In this document: in pieces, positions 56,340-64,000 of the stretch
How positions within the stretch are numbered: position 1 is the stretch's first letter
Layout: every line of letters starts with the position of its first letter
Assembly (NCBI GenBank): GCA_964016885.1
Contig: OZ024741.1
Span: 231,074,001 to 231,138,000, forward strand
DNA: 64,000 bases
Reading direction: 5' to 3'
DNA from: Eledone cirrhosa
Taxonomy: Eukaryota
Notes under the pieces: model-generated
Told to the model about the DNA's origin: nothing
What the model saw: the letters and a program-made list of their open reading frames with translations, nothing else
Database searches by the model: none
Program-made: the position numbers and the translations under genes

Positions 56340-59300
56340 AGTATTAATTATACTATTTATGGTTATGTAAATACAAAAACACTTTTGCAGTTATATGTAT
56401 TTTTTTATACAAACCCTAAATAGTGGTAGGCAGTAATATATTACTACCTTATTACCAGTAAGTTAAGTAGCTCAATGTAAAAACATCAGATGATTTACAG
56501 AGCAGTTATATGAAATATAAGAATCAAAGAACTGTTCAAAACATGTTTGTGCTTACAGCTGTTTCCTCCAAACCGAGGTTTGGATTCTTCGGAGCAATTT
56601 ATTAATGAATGGACAGTTATATGACCTCCTTTTCAGCCAAGAGACATACAGATACATATGCAAATATTGTGGGTCAACATTCATTACAGCATTTAGAGTG
56701 GCAGTACACACTTCGAGATTAAATTCATATTAAAATGTACAATCAAAAATCAAAAATACAGGTTAAAGTACAACATGAAAATAAGCGGTTATATAGTGCA
56801 AATGTTATATGTGTGGCAAGCACGTGCGTCTTGTTTATATAGTGTGGCAGATCGTTACGTGTAGTAGGATCACTTAGGTAGGTAAACAAGAGTGTTGGGT
56901 TGGTTGATCTGGTGGCAAATTCTTTATATGATTGTTATAGTCTGTGTGTGGAGAAATGATATGAGCATTAAAAATAGTGCAAGCATTAAAAGTATTAGAT
57001 GTATTGGAAATGCACAGTGAAGGGATTATATGGATTTCATGTACTTCGACATTTTCATGGTCAGGGGAGTGTATTTTTCAGATTATATGCCCCTCACATA
57101 ATCCACGACAATTCGATATTGAGCGTTTGACAATCCAGTTAGAGAATCGTAGTCTGATGTTCTTTAGTTCAATACAGGAGACTGTTACGTTTCGATAATC
57201 GACATTGAATACTACCCGGAAGTGTGTGTGTGGCTAAGGGGAGTTAATGCATGAGGGGAGGTAACTCAGGGGTTTCTATTCCTAGCTATTGAAATGTGTC
57301 TCAATATAGACCCTAATTTCTATGGTTATGTGCAACTTCCAAAAAATTTATAAAGCATAAAGTGTTTTAACTATAGAGTAGTTCATTAAGTTGTGCTGAA
57401 GGTGTTCGTATTATTATGGTGAATTAACCCCCATCGTAGGGTGTCACAAATGAATATTATAGACGATGAGCGAGGATTCTAAATTAATGATCTCTGTGGT
57501 TGTAGTCTACTCATAGGACCAGATTGCAGAATCACTTCAACACACAATGATCTCTGGTAAGTTCTGTGTCATCGCTTGCTACATTGGATGTCGAAAGATA
57601 ATCATCACCAGGGCCGGCCAGAGGTCAATCCGCAGTCCTCATGACCCCACTCTGACCGTCAAATCATCCATATATGTACAACCCGCACGCCAGTTGCAAT
57701 ACATTCATTCTCTGCACTCAGCGTCCTGGTCCTACTGCTCAACAGCGTTACCAGATTAAATCGTTTTTCATCCGTCCAAAGAAGGCACCTCCCCCGCACA
57801 ACACTACCAAGCCAATCAATTCATGCTTAAATTACCTATAGAGCGGTGTAGTGCAGTTCAAGTGGGTGGATGTTGTCACACATAACGTAGAGGTATAAAA
57901 GGGTATTCTCCCTGCGAAAGGTTCCAGAGGGATGTCGTTGTTTGTGTTATATTAGATCAGTTAGTGTTGGGTATGTGGTATAAGGTGTGCCCCTGGTGTT
58001 TGATGCTAGATGTGGTGTTTGGTTCAAGTCCGACATTGCTATATATTGGGCTTAAAGTTTTGGAAGGAATGTCTGAAGCGGTGCTGGCAAGTTGCAAACA
58101 CCTCAGATTTTTTGTTAAGTAGGTTACGGTTGGAGAAGATAATATTGTGGGTCTCTAGTATACAGAGGTTACAACATTTATTAGGTGGTTTGTACGAAGT
58201 CGCGCTGCCTATCACTTCCCATTTTAGTGTGTATGGTTTATTTTTAGTTTTTAGATCGTGTATGTAGCTAGATAGTGAGGTGGAGTTGGCTAGGCTGTGC
58301 TTTTTGAACGAGTGGATGTGCGAATTATATCTGATTTTGAAGCAGTTAGATGTGGAGCCTACATATGTTTCTGAGGAGTTGCTAGTTGTGAGGGTGCATG
58401 AGTATATGATATCCTTGGTTAGGCATTTTTTATCTAAAGGGCAGGTTCTATTAGCTCTACAGTTACAATTATTCTGTGAGTTAGTCTGCTGGTTATAATG
58501 CAGTGCAGAAGTCTGGGTGGTAGCTATAGGATTTTGGACATTCGGGTTATCAACCCCGGTGTTATTTCTTATACTAGTGTTATTTCTATAGTTACTGCCG
58601 TTACTATGGTTGCTTGCTACAGAGGTATTTAGAAGGTTTGCATCCTGTTGTGATTTCGTTTGTTGGAAGTAAGAATTAATTTTACTTTTATTGCTGCTAG
58701 CTATGTGGTATGCTAAGTTAGGCGTCGTAGAGTATGCGATTTTAATAGTGTTTTTGTTTAAAAGGTTGTGGTACTTGTGTCCTAGAGGGAAGTTTTTATC
58801 TAGTAGTGAGAAGAAAGCCCTAGGTATGTTGGTGGAGACATTTAGGTTGAAAGGAGGGTTGAAAAATGTATTATTTCTTCTTCTATTTTTGTTTTTAGTG
58901 TTTGGTGTGTTGTTTCTTCCTAAGGCACCACAGTAGTTTCCGTGGTAATGGTTACTTCCGGTGGCACCCTCCGCTTTGGTGCATTTGTGGTTGCTATTCC
59001 TATTATTAGGTTTCCTCATGGACATGTTGTGCGAGATGATGTTGTAGCTATGTGTTTTCTTAGGTAGGAACTCAATTTCTATATTATGGCCGGATCTAGC
59101 TAATGCTTGATTGTAATATTGTGAGTTTTTGCTAAATATGTTAGCGTCATAGGATAGACTAGAAATTCTATTGGATACCCCCTTAGAGATAGAGTTTCAT
59201 ATTGATCTAGGGTGGTTAGACTTGGTATCTACGTAAATGAGTTTTTCGTTAGGCTTATGGAAAGGTGTATATATTTTTGAGTGTAGGTATAGTGTGGCGT

Positions 59301-61979
59301 CTAGGAAGTTAACGTTTTTAGTGTTTTTGTCCATGGTGATACTAAGGTTAAAGTTTTTGAATGTCTTGTGCAATTGTTTTCTAGTTCCTTCTATATTAAA
59401 TGTTTTATATTCTATGTGTAGAAGTGCATCATCAGGTACAAACCACCGTTGAGGTAAGGGAGGTCCTTATGGATTTCATTGAAAAGGTATAGGCCGACCA
59501 AATCAGTGACCTGCGCCGAGTCACTAGATCCCATGGTTATGTCGAAGTTGTTGTGCGTATCCTAGCGTGTCCATAGTTGGTCCTCGAAGGTGATTATGGT
59601 TTTACGGGCCGCAAGGATGACATCAATCTGGGCTCTAGTCAGGTTGCTATTGTTCATGGCCATGATAAGTGCCTTATTTAATAGGATAGGGGAAATAGAG
59701 GTGTAGTATGAATTGATATCAAATTGAATAAATTTTTTGTCCTTATTATTCTTGATATCTTTGAACCATTCAATCACTTCACCCGTATTTCCCCATTGTT
59801 TAAGGTGTATCTGGTGTTTAATTTGTGGGATGATTTTATCCAAAATTATCTTGCTGATAATACCAATTTCGGACTTGGAAGGGCAGATAAGTCTTATCGA
59901 GGGGTTGCTGTTGAATTCCTCCTTATGGTCCTTCAGAGAGAATCTAGGGGGGTTGGGGTGAATGGTTGTGTATGCCTCTGAAGTCCTAGTTTAGACACTA
60001 TATTATATACCTCTATATTAATATCTTCCAAGTTTTTCGAGGTGGTCTTTTTGTAGCTTTTATGTAGTTCATTATATATAAACTTTCTATAAGTATTATA
60101 ATCTAGGCTGTATATGTTATTAGTTTTATCTGCGTGTACAATAATTTTATTACTAGTTTTGAATCCATTAATAGAGGTGTTAAGTTTGTTTAAGAAGGTG
60201 TTGCTTCTAATATGGTGCTTATTGTATTTAATGTTCTTAACTAGTTTAACTAGGTCATTTTCAAAGGAGTTAAGTAGTGTGTTATGAGGGGGGCTTTTAA
60301 AGGTTTTAAAGCCGAAGGAGTCAAATTTGTTAGTATTATTCACATTGTTAGATCTGTTTCAATCATAATGGAATGTCTTCCATCTCACTCTATTGATAAA
60401 TGAATTTACACTGTTGATCAGCAATTTCTAATATGTATTCCTGGATGGTATTGGTATGTTCTTGGTTGACATTGGGGAGTTGGTCTTTGATTAGCATATT
60501 GGTAATATTATATGTCAGCTCAACAGTATGGAGCAGTTAATAGTATTAATTATACTATTTATGGTTATGTAAATACAAAAACCCTTTTGCAGTTATATGT
60601 ATTTTTTTATACAAACCCTAAATAGTGGTAGGCAGTAATATATTAATACCTTATTACCAGTAAGTTAAGTAGCTCAATGTAAAAACATCAGATGATTTAC
60701 AGAGCAGTTATATGAAATATAAGAATCAAAGAACTGTTCAAAACATTTTTGTGCTTACAGCTGTTTCCTCCAAACCGAGGTTTGGTTTCTTCGGAGCAAT
60801 TTATTAATGAATGGACAGTTATATGACCTCCTTTTCAGCCAAGAGACATACAGTTACACCTGCAAATATTGTGGGTCAACATTCATTACAGCATTTAGAG
60901 TGGCAGTACACACTTCGAGATTAGATTCATATTCTATAGTTAAAACTACTCTATAGTTAAAACACTTTATGCTTTAGACATTTTTTGGAAGTTGCGCATA
61001 ACCATAGAAATTAGGGTCTATATTGAGACACATTTCAATAGCTATGAATAGAAACCCCTGAGTTACCTCCCCTCATGCATTAACTCGCCTTAGCCACACA
61101 CACACTTCCGGGTAGTATTCAATGTCGATTATCGAAACGTAACAGTCTCCTAAAGAACATCAGACTACGATTCTCTAACTGGATTGTCAAACGCTCAATA
61201 TCGAATTGTCGTGGATTATGTGAGGGGCATATAATCTGAAAAATACACTCCCCTGACCATGAAGATGTCGAAGTACATGAAGTCCATATCATCCCTTCAC
61301 TGTGCATTTCCAATACTTCTAATACTCTTAATACTTGCACTATTTTTAATGCTCATATCATTTCTCCACACACAGACTATAACAATCATATAAATAATTT
61401 GCCACCAGATCAACCAACCTAATACTCTTGTTTACCTACCTAAGTGATCCTACTACACATAACGATCTGCCACACTATATAAACAAGACGCACGTGCTTG
61501 CCACACATATAACATTTGCACTATATATCCGCTTATTTTCATGTTGTACTTTAACCTGTATTTTTTATTTTTTATTGTACATTTTAATATGAATCTAATC
61601 TCGAAGTGTCTACTGCCACTCTAAATGCTGTAATGAATGTTGACCCACAATATTTGCATATGTATCTGTATGTCTCTTGGCTGAAAAGGAGGTCATATAA
61701 CTGTCCATTCATTAATAAATTGCTCCGAAGAATCCAAACCTCGGTTTGGAGGAAACAGCTGTAAGCATAAAAATGTTTTGAACAATTCTTTGATTCTTAT
61801 ATTTCATATAACTGCTCTGTAAATCATTTGATGTTTTTACATTGAGCTACTTAACTTACTGGTAATAAGGTAGTAATATATTACTGCCTACCGCTATTTA
61901 GGGTTTGTATTAAAAAATACATATAACTGCAAAAGGGTTTTTGTATTTAAATAACCATAAATAGTATAATTAATACTAT

Positions 61980-61980
<1 letters not shown>
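56340..61980 (-). mobile_element. Near full-length Penelope-like element with direct pLTR and a ~1-kb inverted pLTR
   Basis: ORF pieces 60490-58039 (HADKT, FIQFDINSYY, FNPPF, DIIYSC...TYVGST...CNLCILE); 56340-56730 repeated at 60543-60930; 60950-61980 inverted relative to 56340-57380. Confidence 0.92.
61721..61767 (+). ncRNA. Hammerhead-like motif with variant core; copies on - at 49223-49269, 56550-56596, 60752-60798
   Basis: tgct-CCGAAGA-a tccaaacc tc ggtttgga g-GAAAC-agct-GTA-agca. Confidence 0.65.
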
Positions 61981-62820
<840 letters not shown>

Positions 62821-62889
62821 TATTGTTATATTTGGGGAGAGGCATATTGTTATAAAATTGACAAAAATATTAAAAGAACACAGTCACAG

Positions 62890-64000
62890 TTTGGTTGGCC
62901 CTATAGAAATCTTTTGATTGATCAAAGTTGATCAGAGCCCCACCCCACCGAAAACAGGTTTAATCGCTACACTCTATATGATGTCTTCTACGAGGTGGAT
63001 ATTATCCAAACTAGCTGAGTTGCGTCTCGTGAAACCGATCAGGGCATGTCGAATCTTGGCTAATGTCATCGGCCCTTCGCATTACTCCGCATAAGCTGTT
63101 GTGAGTCGCGTCATGCCATCATGGTAGTAACTGAAGTGCGCTACCGCCTTAGTTAACCCGATCCCCACTGACTGCTGTGCAAAATGCTGGCCAAATGTCA
63201 CGCACAAATATCACGCACAAATATCAAAACTAGATAAGGGTTTCACGAAAGAGGAAATTGTTTGCTTTCATCCCTTTTCATTTTGTCCACCATAGAACGG
63301 TTGTAGCCATGGCCACCAGGTATATAAAATATGCCTGCTCAACCCAATTACGGGAAGGTTGGTTTGGCGATTTCACGGTTGATTCAGTTCAAAGCCGGAA
63401 CCATCCTAAACATGGCAGCAGATGTTCTACCGTGTCGGGGAAAAACCCTGAACACTCCTACGTAAATATAATTGGATTTGGTGCAATGTCTAAAATAATA
63501 ACTGAAGTGAACTGTTCGTAGACAGTGTATACGGAGTCTGGTAGTGATCTCATTGGTAGATCAAAATTAAGCCTGGTCAATACATTGGTTTTACCTTCGT
63601 TGATACATATATACTTACATGTGTGACACATCATTATAATATCGACATAAGCCCCACGTTCAACAATGCTGAGGTACAGAATGAGTGCACGCAGAACGAT
63701 TTCTTCAGGCTGCACGCATGTCTGACAAACTCAACTTACGGAACAACTATGCCAGGATTTCATGTTACAAAGCCATCTACTTTGGCCATAATATTTTCCG
63801 GATCATAGCTTCAACAGCCAAGTTCTCTCCAATAATGTCCCTTTTCCTTACTACAATCGGCTATCGATACCAAAGAGGATTTTCCACATTGACCATATGT
63901 CTAAGGACGGCGAGTGCTTGAACACATTCAAGTTTCAAAGCGCTCCTTCTCAGACTTTGATTGACCCTGTACAACACAGCCATCAAAAGGACGAGTCACA
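62890..64000 (-). mobile_element. Second copy of block C (decayed L1/Tx1-like LINE)
   Basis: Colinear with ~11810-13190, with an internal deletion. Confidence 0.75.

Overview
AT-rich, microsatellite-laden animal DNA, most likely an octopus/cephalopod (inferred from the tRNA-derived SINE ending ...cttacggggtcgataaaataaagtaccagt). Most of the window is retroelement debris: several Penelope-like elements with hammerhead-ribozyme motifs and long inverted repeats, an RTE LINE, a CRE-like element, R4/Dong-like fragments, a decayed L1/Tx1-like LINE, Helitron-like elements and SINEs. The only host-gene signal is a + strand gene made of symmetric 135-nt phase-1 exons, each encoding one 8-Cys EGF-like (MEGF10/CED-1-type) module. 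One exon lies at 15075-15209, one at 38407-38541, and 12 near-identical exons form a 258-bp exon+intron tandem array (38966-41938) that the ORF track misses. Intronic blocks recur about 36-51 kb apart, which suggests a larger duplication of the same gene segment. All identities and alignments were judged by eye.
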